Positions 63,950 through 64,000 of a stretch of DNA of 64,000 nucleotides are shown here, piece by piece; position 1 is the stretch's first letter, and every line of letters begins with the position of its first letter. The notes under the pieces were generated by a model. That model saw only the letters and a list, made by a program, of their open reading frames with translations. It ran no database searches and was not told the origin of the DNA. This DNA comes from an uncultured Fibrobacteraceae bacterium. Its GTDB lineage: Bacteria; Krumholzibacteriota; Krumholzibacteriia; LZORAL124-64-63. A program made the position numbers and the translations under genes. The stretch covers positions 6,475 to 70,474 of the forward strand of contig CAYYYS010000012.1 in the NCBI GenBank assembly GCA_964476155.1, read 5' to 3'.

Positions 63950-64000
63950 ATCCACTCCGTAATTTCGGGTATCTTCATTGGCCGGCGCAGACCTGGGCCT

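Noticed and set aside
62354-63962. Plus-strand ORFs 62354..63898 and 62649..63962
   Set aside because: Antisense to the 5'-nucleotidase lipoprotein gene.

Overview
This is a high-GC (about 68%) bacterial chromosomal segment of roughly 60 coding genes, with no rRNA, tRNA or CRISPR array detected.

**Housekeeping genes.** These include pgi, an Fe/Mn superoxide dismutase, thiI, an rlmD-like RNA methyltransferase, trmJ, a parvulin PPIase, a ubiD-ubiE-ubiX-ubiA quinone operon, OsmC, YihY, YjjX, rarD, a DASS transporter and a gamma-carbonic anhydrase.

**Secreted hydrolases.** An unusually large set of secreted enzymes (S8, S9 and M1 peptidases, a PLD-like enzyme, an RCC1-repeat protein, a lamin-tail-domain protein and others) all end in the same ~80-aa T9SS/FlgD-Ig-like C-terminal sorting domain. 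A PorV-like outer-membrane barrel gene is present.

**Lower-GC islands.** Two islands at about 55-58% GC interrupt the backbone.
- The island at 19.1-23.2 kb carries a frameshifted AlbA_2/HATPase_c_4 regulator and the RCC1 protein.
- The island at 52.3-55.9 kb carries an ECF sigma/anti-sigma pair convergent with a compact RiPP-like locus: a 65-aa precursor with a CSCTCSCNCNC core immediately upstream of a radical-SAM/SPASM maturase that has an N-terminal RRE-like extension, plus a neighbouring methyltransferase. This locus is the most likely candidate for an undescribed system.

**Other notable items.**
- A paralogous family of secreted proteins shares a conserved C-terminal WG(D/E)VKxL(Y/F) tail.
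- One family member is interrupted at a poly-G(9) tract.
- A secreted Cys/Lys-rich metallothionein-like protein is in an operon with a Cys-rich membrane protein.
- A long structured inverted-repeat element lies between thiI/NlpC-P60 and rlmD.
- Several gene remnants are present (trpF, an ECF sigma, a methyltransferase).
- Near-consensus TGGTATAAT extended -10 promoters recur in front of CTD-cargo genes.

Many long ORFs in the supplied track are antisense shadow ORFs typical of high-GC DNA and were rejected.
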